A DNA stretch of 61,928 bases, the filler included, from Basidiobolus ranarum (Eukaryota): the NCBI GenBank assembly GCA_040143965.1. It is 7 parts of 7 records of this genome, joined end to end, with 100 filler letters (N's around TTAATTAATTAA, not from the genome) between each part and the next. Parts side by side here need not be neighbours in the genome. Positions count along the whole stretch, not along the records: positions 17,760 to 26,524 come from JASJQH010000923.1; positions 26,625 to 35,384 come from JASJQH010000924.1; 5 more parts are not named here. One strand, given 5' to 3'. Below are positions 23,089 to 35,484 of this stretch, in pieces. A program made the translations under genes and the position numbers. The notes under the pieces were generated by a model that was given only the letters and a program-made list of their open reading frames with translations, was not told the DNA's origin and ran no database searches. The first letter of the stretch is position 1. Every line of letters starts with the position of its first letter.

Positions 23089-26000
23089 TGATAAAGGTGC
23101 TTTGGGGATTTGGAAGTGTTTTACACAAGATTTGTATGTGTGAATCAGACACTTAAGTTTTATTAAATTGACTATGTCCTATTTATGATTTACTATGAAT
23201 TAGGACTATTAGATATGCATTCATCACAACAAACATGCCTGTTAAGCATGGGTTAAAATTTGAGGTGACTTGGAGAAGATTTGAGAAAATAGTGAAAACT
23301 GGCAAAAGTGATCTAAATGATATTTCTATCATTAAAAACAATAAACAAACATTCTGAATGGCAGAATAGGGTGCTAAATAATCAGAATACAAATAAGCTA
23401 ACTACTAAATTATGGGTTGCTAGTTACCTGATTACAACATTCCACTCAACTAATCATTTTGTATAGCTTTTAAACCAAATTTATATCTTAATACTTCAAA
23501 TTGTGCCTAAGCTAAAGGTTTTGTTACAATGTCAGCAATCGTTTCTTCTGTAGGGCAATAGAAAAGTGCAACTATACCATTCTCTATTGCCTCTCTAACA
23601 AAATGAAGCCTAGTATCTATATGTTTTGGTCTAGCATGAAATGTAGGGTCTTTAGCTAAGAAAATACAACTTTGATTTTCTTCAAATACTGCAATGGCAT
23701 GATTTTGCATTTATCATAATTCGGAAATTAGATTCCTGAACCACATAGCTTCTTGTGTAGTATCAGGGGCAGCCATACTCTCTGCTTCTGTAGTGGAAAG
23801 TGCTCTGGTTGGTTGCTTCTTACTATTCCAAGTTATGGCTCCATTACCATAGAGAAAAGTGTACCCAGTTGTTGATCTTCAATCCTCAAGGATTCTTCCC
23901 CAGTCTGCATTAGTATAGCCTTCAAGATTTTGTGCACCCAGAGTTGCAGATTATTCCAGAACTAGATCTACTGTTCCTCTCAAATACCTGAATATTTGTT
24001 TTACCAGTGTTTTGTGCACAGATTCTAAATTATTGAGATTTTGGCTGACATTTCCCATTGCCACAGCAATGTCTGGAGATGTTCCAACCACTGAATATAT
24101 AAAACCACCACTGTGGATTGATATGAGAACTGCAGGCTTTGATCTGAGTCATATTGAGTCAAATCGGATGAAATTTTGATTAATTTCACATTTAGATCCA
24201 TTGGTGTTGATACCAGCTTGCTATTCTCCACATTGTAGTGCTTTAGGATGTTTAGGCTGTATCTAGACTGAGTCAGCATATTTTTGGATTGAGTTTATCT
24301 CTTATGCTTTGGATTCAAAGAAAATAACTTAATTCACCCACAGCAGTCATCTAAAATTGGTTTGATGAACTACTTTCTGTTGGATTTGGTGCTTCCAGAT
24401 CAATTATGGCTATGATCAAGTCAGCCACATACACTGCCAAGATCAGGAACCCATTTCCAGTTATATCAAGGCAGATACTGTGATCTGCTGTGCATTTTTG
24501 GAATTCTAGTCATTCAATATAGGTATCTATCTTATGGTTCAATGCCCTGGGTGCTTGCTTGAATCCATATAGCACTTTGTGCAGTTTACAAACCATATGA
24601 GGGTGTTTTGGGTCAGCAAATCAATCTGGTAGCTCTCTATAGATCTCTTCTTCTTTATTTCCATTTAGAAAGGCTGCTATTACATCATTTGATATATATC
24701 AAGCTTATGGGTGGCTGAGATTGCCAGGATTGAACTAAAGGGGCTGAACTTAGCTACTGGAGCAAATGTTTTGTAAAAAGTTTCTCCTGGAGTCTGGGAA
24801 TAACCTTTGCAACAAATCTTTATTTTTACCTTTCAATGGTTCCATCAGCTTGGTCTTTTACTTGGTAGACCCATTTTCAAACTATTGGCTTTCTCCCTGC
24901 TAATAGAGGACTTGAAAACCATGCTTCATTGTCTTGGAAAGAAGAAACTCATCAGACATTCCTTTGTGCCCTAATTTTAATAAAACACATTGCAGAACTT
25001 GATCTAGAATCTGTGACTTGTCACAGATTGCTGCAGAAGCATATACATCTTCAGTGGAAGTGTTCCACCAGTTACCTGGCTTATTTCTCCTTCTGGATGA
25101 TGTTCTGCATCCTTAATCATCCTCTGAGAAAATGGGACTGGTATTTTGGTTGCGTAGTGCTGAAATACAATTGGAAATTTGTCAGTCACTTCCAAAATAG
25201 TGCTGATTGTGTTTTGTGGTTCAAGAAATGTGATAAAAGGTGATAACTTTGCTTTTAAACAAAAATCACATCTTTGCACTTAATTAGCTTCTGATTCTAG
25301 GTATCAAACAGTCTGTATGCCTTGGATCCATCACAGTAACCATGAATATACATTTTCTGCCTTTGGGTTTCAATTTAAAGCATTTTTGAGTTGAAATTAG
25401 GCAATATGTGTGAAACCAAAGATCCTGCAATGATCTGCACTAGGTTTTGATCCATATAGGACTTCAAATGGAGTTGAATTTTGCAGCAATCTTGTTGGAC
25501 ATCTGTTTTGACATAGACTGCAGTAGATGCAGAATCAGCCCAACAATGATAATATAACTTTTGATTATGTAACATTGATCTTACCATCTCCACTATGATC
25601 CTATTAGCACATTCTGCAACTACATTTTGCTGTTGAGTAAAAGGTACAGTAGTTTGTTACTTAAGTCCATGCTTAGAACAAAAACTAGCAAAGTCTTCAG
25701 AGCGGTATTCTTCCCCATTATCACTCCTTAGTAGCCTTATTTTTTGTGCTGATTTTTTCTCAACCATTGCTTTGTTGGGCTTGAATGCAGTTAAGGCTTC
25801 AGATTATGAACTGAGAAAGAATATAAAAGTATATCTAGTTCTATCATCAATAAAGGTCATAGAGAAGCTTCTCCCACCTTGTGAGATGTTGTTCATGGGC
25901 CCACAGAGGTCAGAATGAACCAGGGCAAAGTTCTGAGAGGATTTATATCTCCAGAGCTTGTAAATGGATGTCTGTGATGTTTTCTATATGCACAATCTTT

Positions 26001-26524
26001 GCAGAGATCCAAGTTAGTGATATTTTTAATTTCTAAGCCTGAAACAAACTGTTAGGGCAGACACATATAGATGATGCCTGTCAGTCCTTAATAGATTTGC
26101 TTGTTCTAATTTCAGCTTTTTGGCAAAAATCCTTATTGTGCAATCATTGATTACATGTCCTGGTATCTTGCAATAATGGCTCTGATCTTGATTCTAGGGC
26201 AATTATGTGGTTTGAAACTTGTCTAGCAGGCTCCCAAGAAGTATCATGACTCAGTCAGCTTCATTTGGAGGTGGTTCAATGGATGACAGCTGATCCACCC
26301 TAGTTTTTATCCAATTTATATATGAAGCATAGAATGATAAGACTTCATCTGCATTGAGACTATTGTTAATTAAGATACAGCCTATCAACCCAGCTTTTAG
26401 TCTCATATAGTCCCTCAAGTGTTTCCCAAGCAGTTTGGATGTTTTTGGCTGAGTGTATATGCAACCATTGAGAGTCTTTGAGATGTAGCCAAAGTGTAGA
26501 GAATGCTTTGCTCTGCTTCTTGTT
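23089..26524 (-). mobile_element. Second dead copia of the same family in opposite orientation, 3' LTR 23089-23439, internally deleted, cut by the contig end
   Basis: FHARPKHIDTRLHFVRE...ADIVTKPL RNase H end, RT and integrase remnants; LTR is the reverse complement of 15975-16326. Confidence 0.9.
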
Positions 26525-26624
26525 NNNNNNNNNNNNNNNNNNNNNNNNNNNNNNNNNNNNNNNNNNNNTTAATTAATTAANNNNNNNNNNNNNNNNNNNN
26601 NNNNNNNNNNNNNNNNNNNNNNNN
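26525..26624. other. Artificial contig linker
   Basis: N44-TTAATTAATTAA-N44. Confidence 0.97.
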
Positions 26625-27624
26625 GGTGCTGAGCTGTAGTTCAATAAATTTAGCGAAATATGGAAGAAATGTGTTGAGACTAAGTTCTATATCATCTTTT
26701 ATATAACTAGTTGGTGGACCCTGATATCTCTATAGGTTAAAGAGATAATGCCAAGATGATTACTTACCATATTGAAGCCAGGATAACAGACCATATGCGT
26801 GATACGAGATTATGGTGTTAGGGTACAGCACCTCTTGGCGTGTCTCATCTGCCTCCGGACCAAGCTGGCACTGTGTGCAGACGCCCAGGTAGGATCTTCG
26901 ACTTCACCTTTTTAATACAGACGTCGCGGGATAAAATGTGATCTCCGCAGGGCGCCTCATTAAACCTGACTTGTTCTGTAGGTATTAATGCAAAGTCTGG
27001 ACAGTTGTTAAACCTTGCATTGGCGTTTTACTGAAATTTTATTAGTTTAATTTCAGCTACTATTTTGTACTACCAACATTACTCATCACATCAAGTTACA
27101 CAGCAACCAGCTGCGGATTCATTCCCAAACAGAGTTCTGGGCTGTAAATAAGGTTTGTGATTCTCTAGGCATCTGATATCATTAATGCCATCCCAAATGC
27201 AGTTTGGAATGGTGGTTTTATGCCTTAAATGTAGAAAGTCAAAATACTCCTGAGGATCATTAGTCGATTACTATTCCACCAGGATCTCTAAACCATATCT
27301 TGGGTGGATTCATGCCAATCCGCTTCACATTATTCGCTACGTTTATAGCAGCTACTTGGTCTTAGTAACTCTAATTCCAATAATAATTCAGGCTTAAGTT
27401 CATTAAGCATTTGCTTGCAAGCAAACTGGGAGAAATACGGGTCAATGTATTATTACTGATTGAAGCACTGCTCTATTGGTTGCCTCGCTCCTTTGTTATA
27501 AATATCTGCGGATATGCAATGATTGGCAAATGATCCATTGAATAAGCATGAAAGAAACCCAGAGTCACATGATGCCTTAGAGTTCAAAAGGTGCGCAATC
27601 CTCAACCTTCAAAGCAACAACAAT

Positions 27625-29357
27625 ATGGCACCCAAAACTCTTCTTTTTGCGCTTATTGGAAGTTTAGGAGATACGCTTCCGTTTCTGGCAATTGCCGAAT
27701 ACTTGACTTCTCAAGATGTCAAGGACCAACAACAACAATATGAAATTATCATTATGGGACACCTCGAACATGAACCGCTAATCTCTTCATATGGTTTTCA
27801 ATTCGCTCCTATTCATGGGTCACTTCTGACTGCTATGAGCAACCTGACGGAAAAAGAAGGAAAGCAATCAGGGTGGAATCAAATGACTTCCTTGAAAGTG
27901 GTATTTGGAAATACGTTCAAACAATGGTAATTATATACTATTTTTTTACGAACGTATATTGCTGAGGGTTTTGGGGCTTAATGTTTAAGGCGAAGAATGA
28001 AATAGTGACTAGTAATATTAATGCTTGATTAATTTAAAGGCATAGCGATATCCTAGCTGCTTGCAATAAGTATCAACCGGACCTTGTAGTTCTTGCAACA
28101 TTCCCCGCAATGTGTGGAGTCCATGCAGTCCGGGAAATGGCAGCAAAAAGTCCAATTCCATACATTGTTATTCACACAGTCCCAACGTTTCCTACCTCCG
28201 ACTTTGCCCCACCTACCGGTGGTGTAAGTACCCACTTTGATATCCTACTGGTTGCATAGTTAATTCAAATTCCATATTTATAGTTTGGATTTACTTTACC
28301 TTTTGGGTTTCTCAACAAGGCCACATGGTCATTGCTCTCTGTCTTTAACCAATACGTGATGATGACACCAATTCTAAGAGATTTGCGACTTGCTATTGGT
28401 CTCCCACCCACAACTCCTGAGGAAGAGGCGGCTCAACGTCATCGACGCGATTATGAGGTTGAAACATTATTTATCTATTCGCCAAATCTTTTACCTACAC
28501 CAAAAGACTGGCCAAATACCCACAAAGTTATTGGTAGTCCTTATTTACATCGTGATCAAAGATTCTTGACTACCAATGATCCAGCCAAAATATACCCAAA
28601 CAGCTCATACAACCCTCCAGAGAGCATCAGTACATTCCTAGCATTTGCACAAGAAAAGAAACTTCCCGTGGTCTATGTCGGATTCGGATCTATGTTGGGA
28701 ATGGTAGTTGATCATGAACATTCAATGAAGTTACTCGACTCCTTTACCGACGCAATTCTTCAACTCAATGAAGAAGAAGTCCCAGCGGCGTTAATCTTCG
28801 CAACTAAAGGATTTCCAATACAAAGTGACTCGAGTCAATTCCAGGACAACTCACATGAAGCGATTATATCTTATGTCAAGTCACGATTACCTCCCAACTT
28901 GATGAAATTCGCTGATCACATCTTGTACTCACCCGACTACATTCCTCATTCCTACTTATTCCCCAAATGCGACTTTATGGTTCATCATGGTGGAGCGGGA
29001 ACAGTCCACGCCGGAATTATGCATTCAATACGACCACAGTCTACTTCCACTACAAACGGGGCTGATATTGAGGTCACATATGAGGGTACACCATTTTGGG
29101 TGGTACCGTGCAGCACAATTGCTGATCAGCCATTTTGGGGAGGTCTGACACATTCGTTAGCTTTAGGGCCCAAACCAATTCCATTTAACGCAATCAATAC
29201 TGATAATGCAAAGGTAGCCATCAAGAGCGGACTGGAAAACAAGGATTGGCGGTGGAATGTTGGCAAGCTAGGAGTACAAATATGGAAGGAAGGGAATCCA
29301 GCTGAGAAAGTTAGAGAGACCATTGAAAGGGTGTTGCTGGACTCGAAGCAACTTTGA
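27625..29357 (+). CDS. GT1-family glycosyltransferase (sterol 3-beta-glucosyltransferase/UGT80-like catalytic domain), 3 exons
   Basis: MAPKTLLFALIGSLGDTLPF (GT28-N motif), PKDWP, PVVYVGFGSM, IPHSYLFP..VHHGGAGT, DQPFWG; introns at about 27927-28039 and 28225-28283. Confidence 0.9.
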
Positions 29358-29829
29358 TTTAAAAAATTGGAATATGCCTTTTATCAGCATGTTTCTTGAA
29401 TAAAAACCGAAAACATACGCAGACACCAAGTTTATTTAATGTTGACAGTAAGGTATATAGGTATGTAGAATAAGGGAGAAAAGTATCATAGCTGATATTT
29501 GTGATGATTTGGTAACTATTGGGTTAGGGTTGATGCACATTACGATGGCTCAAATATCAGAGTGCCTTTTTTGAGCAGCGAGTTAGCACACGGTGAATTC
29601 GGTGGTTAATTTGCTATACAAATATTGTTTGGAATGCCCAAATAGTATTTCTAAGACCTTGAAAAATGGACTGAGAATCCTTCGTACTTCAATTTGACCT
29701 GTGTCATCGGTTGAAACTTAATTCTAGACCTTAATAACAGAGTTAACAGTATACTCAGATTACCCGTAGAATCTTGAGCCAAATCTCCCTGTTTCCAAAA
29801 TAATCAGGGATTGGTCCGACGACTGAAAA

Positions 29830-30798
29830 GAAATATTCTATAAGATTTCAATTAAATGTGCCTCTATCACATGTACCAAGATAACGAAGTGCTTCCGGAT
29901 CGTCCAGTAATCATTGGTTTGTAAGATGGCTCTACAAACACCTATAAATCCGCATCTTATCAATTGTTTTACCACCGATGCGTTATGGTGCGTTGTAACT
30001 TTTACAGCCTAGTCCGGAGGTTCGAAAATGAAGTCAATTCATATGGTGATTTGACTGATTCGGTGTGTTGATAGCTATTATTGTTACTTACGCGGCTGTT
30101 TAGTCTTCATATACGATGGCGCACTGTTCAGTAGATGCTCACACAATGCAATTCAATGGCATATAAATAATGCCTATAGTACTTTTCGGGCCGAGTCTTC
30201 ACAAAACTATGGGGTGCTTCCCTCCCTATCTTTAATGTAAGACCTTAGAATCGTATGTAGAATGCTGTGCTATGACAGTGAGTGAGGTTTTGTCATATCA
30301 TGCGTTGCGTTAGAATAGTCAGGTGAATAAATTCATTTGTCCTGCGTTGTTGGTCTTGAGCATACTATAACATAAGATGCTTCCGTAACACACGAAGCCT
30401 TTATTAAACTTGGCTACATTCGTAAGACTGAAGATACCACACAACGCCCCAAAAATAATCCTGATTAAAAATATACAACTTCTGATTTCTGTGTTGAAAG
30501 GCATTTAGTCTATTTAGTTAGACGAATAATTTTGGTATTTTGTTCCGAATTTTGAATTTATGATCAGGCTTACCCAGGCTTTGTCATTATCTAGTAGAAT
30601 TGGATGTAAAATGGTGTACTACGACTGAAATGTGAGAATCCGTTGTATCATGCTTTGCGTTATAAAAGTCAGTCAAGTAATTTCATGTATCCTACGTACC
30701 TGTGATACCCGTAGCCTCTGTAGACGTCTTGGCAATCTAACTGTACTCACTGAATACCAGAATTTGACACCGTTGAGCTACACACATCTAAGCCATAC
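29830..30798 (+). repeat. Copy 1 of a direct duplication (partner 34725-35384)
   Basis: 30535-30798 is nearly identical to 35131-35384; 29830-30210 is a diverged match to 34725-35128. Confidence 0.88.
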
Positions 30799-30996
30799 AG
30801 TTACACAATCAACAGAAAGCTAGATGTAAAACCGCCAGCATGGAAATCAACGTCACTATATGTGAGTGTGATTATTTGTCATTTCCAAATTCAATCCTTC
30901 GGAAGGCCACCCAGATATCCAAAAATAAATAAAGTACTCGCTCACGCTCTCCCTACTCGATGTAAAATCCTTTGCTACTTGCTTTGTTTCCAACTA

Positions 30997-31595
30997 TGGT
31001 GAAAGTAGAAATTCCCATGTATACGAAATATGTTCAAAATCGATTCCTATTTACGTGCATCTTAGTATTGGCTATGGTGCAAGGTATATTATGCTACCCA
31101 GGAGGTAAAGAAGGTGACTTCCAAGACCCTTCCGCCAGCGTTGCGCCGAGTCCCACTTTTGTCAACACCCCGTACAATAGTAAAACGAGTATTATTGCTA
31201 CAACTTGGATGGCAACTCCTATTCCTACTTCAGCACCAACGTATAGCAATAACAACAGTGAAAGTCACCCAGGAATCCCGTTGTGGAGTATGATTGGAAT
31301 TGGCTTGAGTTGTTTTGCACTATTTAGTGGATGCTTTGTCGCGGTACTCAAACGTTGGGGGAAAAACAACACTAATCGTTCCTACGGTAACCCTCCCGTG
31401 CAAGTTGAAATGGGATCTGAGCGTTTAGAAAGTTATGAGGAGGCTATTACGCCTTATCAGCAACCTCCACCAGCATACAGCTACGAAGTCAAGCACTTCG
31501 AAACTGTTGTCCTTCGTAGTGTGGGCCGACAACCCGAATATCCAAACTACACAGGATATACAGTTTTTGGACAGAATTCCAATAATAGTCGTTGA
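30997..31595 (+). CDS. Small single-pass membrane protein with Ser/Thr/Pro-rich ectodomain and cytosolic PPxY motif
   Basis: Hydrophobic signal FLFTCILVLAMVQGILC, S/T/P stalk, TM LWSMIGIGLSCFALFSGCFVAVL-KR, PPPAY. Start is 30997 or 31018. Confidence 0.72.
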
Positions 31596-31859
31596 GATCG
31601 TACATATTTCGATAATAGTAAACCCCTAAATCCTTTGTAATTATCTTGGCAACTGTTAACGTTGGTAGTCAATTTGGAAATGCTGTGGTGGTGGATAGAG
31701 ATTTCCCATATACTCATGTAATCATTAAAATTTTGTAAACTTTCAAATTAAGTAACTCGGGTCCAAATATTTATCCTTTCATTAGCTACAGAGATAAGAT
31801 TCCCTGTCATGGTTATTTTATTGAGATGTTAACTTGCGTCTTGTGTTACTGACTTTTGA

Positions 31860-33960
31860 TGAATCATGGTGTTGGGAGGGCTTTTCGATAAGTTTGCATG
31901 TCATCTTGAGTTTAAATACTCAAGTTAAATATCAATAATCTTTTCTTCTAGGATATCCTATGTAGTCATCATTTCCATGTGGTATTTCCTAGTAAAGATT
32001 TCCAATATAACTCAACAAAATTCTTAAAACAAACTATTTTCAATTTCTCAAACGCAATATACACTTGGATAACATCTAGCTATATTTTCAAATGATTCAG
32101 CTCTCTCTGTTTGTTCATTTTCAACACTAATGCATATTGTTCTCAATTCCATGGAATTATACATGGATATTCAATATTTTGGAGGCTTTCCTGAACACAT
32201 CCAAACAATATTGAATATCAAGTGGTTGATGTCCCCTCAGCATACCATTTGGGGTTCTAAACATTTCACAGCAAAATGAATCAGGGAAGTAAATGGCAGA
32301 GCATTCTGAATGTACCATGGATTGGATTGTCCACCATAATTTGGTTTAGAGGAGATGATAAACAACTTTTAAACCTTTTCAGAGAACATTGCTTGATTCC
32401 TGATGGATTCTTTCCAAAATGACACAGGATTGCAATCTGAAAGTGCCTGGTTTGTGAAAGCTTGAAAGATTGGTAATTACCATGAGTTTGAATAATATTC
32501 ATTCATTGGCTTGATAAAAAATATTTTGACTTCTACTGGTAGTCCCAATGTAAGTGATAGAGTAGTGTTTGTTAGAGTATTTGGGAGCCTGTTGGAAGTG
32601 GTTTGGAGAATTGGAGAAATTAGTAGTTTTCACTTATGGATTTATTGAGTATTCAGTTGACATTTATAGTTTTGTCAGGATGTAAGCAAACTAACGTGTA
32701 GAGTGTGTTAAGGAAAGTCCCAGGAACTTGTATGCAAAGTTTTAGGGCTTCTAGCACAAGTTTGAAGAAATCTATATATCTGAAAACCTCCAAGTTGGTG
32801 TCAAAATTCTAAGTAAATTCCGATATCGAATAATGGGTGATATCATAGTTCAATATAGGATAACTAAATACTAAGCTATATATGACTATATAGGTGTTTA
32901 GGCAATGTTAATTTCAACAGTGTTTGTAGCATATGCAAGAGTATTATGAGATGCCGAAGTTAATTTTGAGTGTTGTGAAGTTTAAAAGTTCACTGTGCTA
33001 ATTACTCCATATCTCAGATGGAACCTACTATTGATACGATTTTGACCCATGTTAAACAACTTGGAGATGATATAGGTAGTAGCTATGATTGTACAGTTGG
33101 CAAAAACATAAAGAAAATTAATGATATACTTGACACTTTTGCTTGACCAGCAGTCAATGTTCATGAATCCTGGTTCATAGCCTAGTCCCGCAAATTTGAT
33201 TTCTAATGATGATTGAAGGAGGATACTAGTAATCATGCCCTCAGTTTGATAGTACTCAAATAGGATATACACTAGCGCTCATAAATGATTCCTTTTCTTG
33301 CATCCATATTTCATTTGACAATATCTCTGCTTTCACTCCATGCTTCAACTTGATATTTGTCACATAGCCTAATCCATTCCCAAATAATGGTCTTTGATGT
33401 TACGAAGGCAATTCCGTTACTCTTTGTGATGCTACATACCTTAGTATTCATTACAGTTTAGTGAATCAGTTTCGAGCTGAAATTATCGATTGCTGGTTAT
33501 ATTTCTAAAAATATGTTCTAGAAGTTCCAAATCCTTGCCATTATCATTCCATATTTCATGTATTTATTGTTTGATGGCACCAATCAAATCTTTTGGGGTT
33601 ACTCAAATATGGATGTCAGTCTGCCAAATTATCCAAAATTTAATATAGTAAAGTTTTCTATAAAAAAGAGCTAACTCTAATATCCAATTCAAAGAACCAA
33701 TACAATAACCCAAGCATGCAAAAATCCTATCTCCATTGTAATGAGTATCCACCTACCAATGCGATATTTAATATTTGAGATGGCTATTACTATCAAAGTA
33801 ATCTGAGTAAGCAAATCTTTCAATACTAGTAATATCGCTTGCTTGCTCCAAAATTCGATGGCATGCACTAAATAAATTCACCTGGGGCAAAGCACGTTAG
33901 CTGGTTGGGTGAACACACATTGCTCTGCCATTGAAGGGACTCCCACAAAAATCAAGTTTC
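31860..33960 (-). mobile_element. Decayed hAT-like (DUF659-type) transposase remnant
   Basis: NIDCWSSKSVKYIINFLYV resembles hAT 'DGWT...LINFLV'; CpG-poor; many stops; boundaries approximate. Confidence 0.45.
32570..32919 (-). mobile_element. Solo copia LTR with 5-bp target-site duplication
   Basis: TGTTAGAG...TTTCAACA flanked by GTGTT (32565-32569 and 32920-32924); reverse complement aligns with the LTR at 9925-10267. Confidence 0.92.
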
Positions 33961-34724
33961 TTGATGCTCACACTAATATCAGGGCCAAAGTCACGAGGGA
34001 ACTATACTATTAGTCATACAGGGTCTTAATTAGATAAGATGCCCTTTTTATCAACAAAGTCACAGTGAAGATCAGAGAGTGGTGAGATATGAGATGGAGT
34101 GTTCAGGTTACACTTGATTCCGCAGAATTGATCAGATCTGGAAGTATAATGCTGGTGTAGACACTATGGACTATGAGCACTGCATGTGCAATGGTGAGCA
34201 GGCAACAGTGGTTATCTAGGGTGCCAAGGATCATATGCATCGGTGTCATAATGTTAGCAAACAAACAACACGAACATTAAACAAGGATAATCTAGCCGAG
34301 AAAGTTTGAGTGGTTAAGATAGGGTAGTGCAGGAATTTGAACAACCATAATTTAAAGGATTAGAAATATCTTGGAGAAAACATATAGAATCGGAGTCTGA
34401 CCATTATCAGCATGTTGTTTACATAAAAATCGCAAATATCTAAAGTCATCAAGTTTATTCCACTTTGAAGTCTAGTAAAGTAAGTAAGAGCTTTGATAAT
34501 TGTGGGTTCATGCTGACTATCAATGTTCAAAGATGAGTGTTCAACATCACCATAAGGTTGAGCAGCGAGTATATGCGTTTATGGTCTGGAATGATCTTGA
34601 GCTCCATTCTATCAGTAATAACCCGAATGTAGACCCGTAGTAGACCAACAGGCATGTTGAGGTTGCTCATGATATGTTCTAGCGCATGTTTTCAGAATTA
34701 TCAGGGATTAGCCAGATGGTTGAA

Positions 34725-35384
34725 AAGAGAATTTCTATAAGATTTCCATGTGCCGCTGTCACATGTACAAAGCTGATGAAATCACTCCCTAATCTAATTG
34801 GTTTGCAAGGGGGTTTGACAAACACCAACAATGACAAACCAAATCTATCCTATCAAATGCTCTACCACTGATGCGATGTTGTGTGTTGTAACTTCCACAG
34901 CCTAGCGCAGCGGCTCAAAAACTAAGTTCCCAATCAATGTGGTGATTTTACGTGTGTGGAGAGGTATTGCTATATACTATTGCTACTGACACGGCTTTCA
35001 GCCTTGTAAAGAGCATGCCGTAATGGTACAGCGACCTGTACCGTAGATGCACATGATGCTCAATTCTATGGCATATAAGTATCCATTGCACTGTTTAGTT
35101 CTTTTTATCGAGTTTTTACAAAACTGCGCGGTATTTTGTTCCCAATTTTGGATTTATGATCAGGCTTTGTCATTATCTAGTAGAATTGGATGTAAAATGG
35201 TGTACTACGACTGAAATGTGAGAATCCGTCGTATTATGCTCTGCGTTATAAAAGTCAGTCAAGTAATTTCATATATCCTACGTACCTGTGATACCCGTAG
35301 CCTCTGTAGACGTCTTGGCAATCTAACTGTACTCACTGAATACCAGAATTTGACACCGTTGAGCTACACACATCTAAGCCATAC
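34725..35384 (+). repeat. Copy 2 of the direct duplication, cut by the contig end
   Basis: ORF track shows twin peptides MRIRCIMLCVIKVSQ (30632) and MRIRRIMLCVIKVSQ (35218); the DNA match is visible by eye. Confidence 0.88.
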
Positions 35385-35484
35385 NNNNNNNNNNNNNNNN
35401 NNNNNNNNNNNNNNNNNNNNNNNNNNNNTTAATTAATTAANNNNNNNNNNNNNNNNNNNNNNNNNNNNNNNNNNNNNNNNNNNN
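35385..35484. other. Artificial contig linker
   Basis: N44-TTAATTAATTAA-N44. Confidence 0.97.

Noticed and set aside
30632-30823. Twin small ORFs at 30632 and 35218 as a peptide gene pair
   Set aside because: GTG starts and no motifs; the similarity is explained by DNA duplication of a non-coding region.
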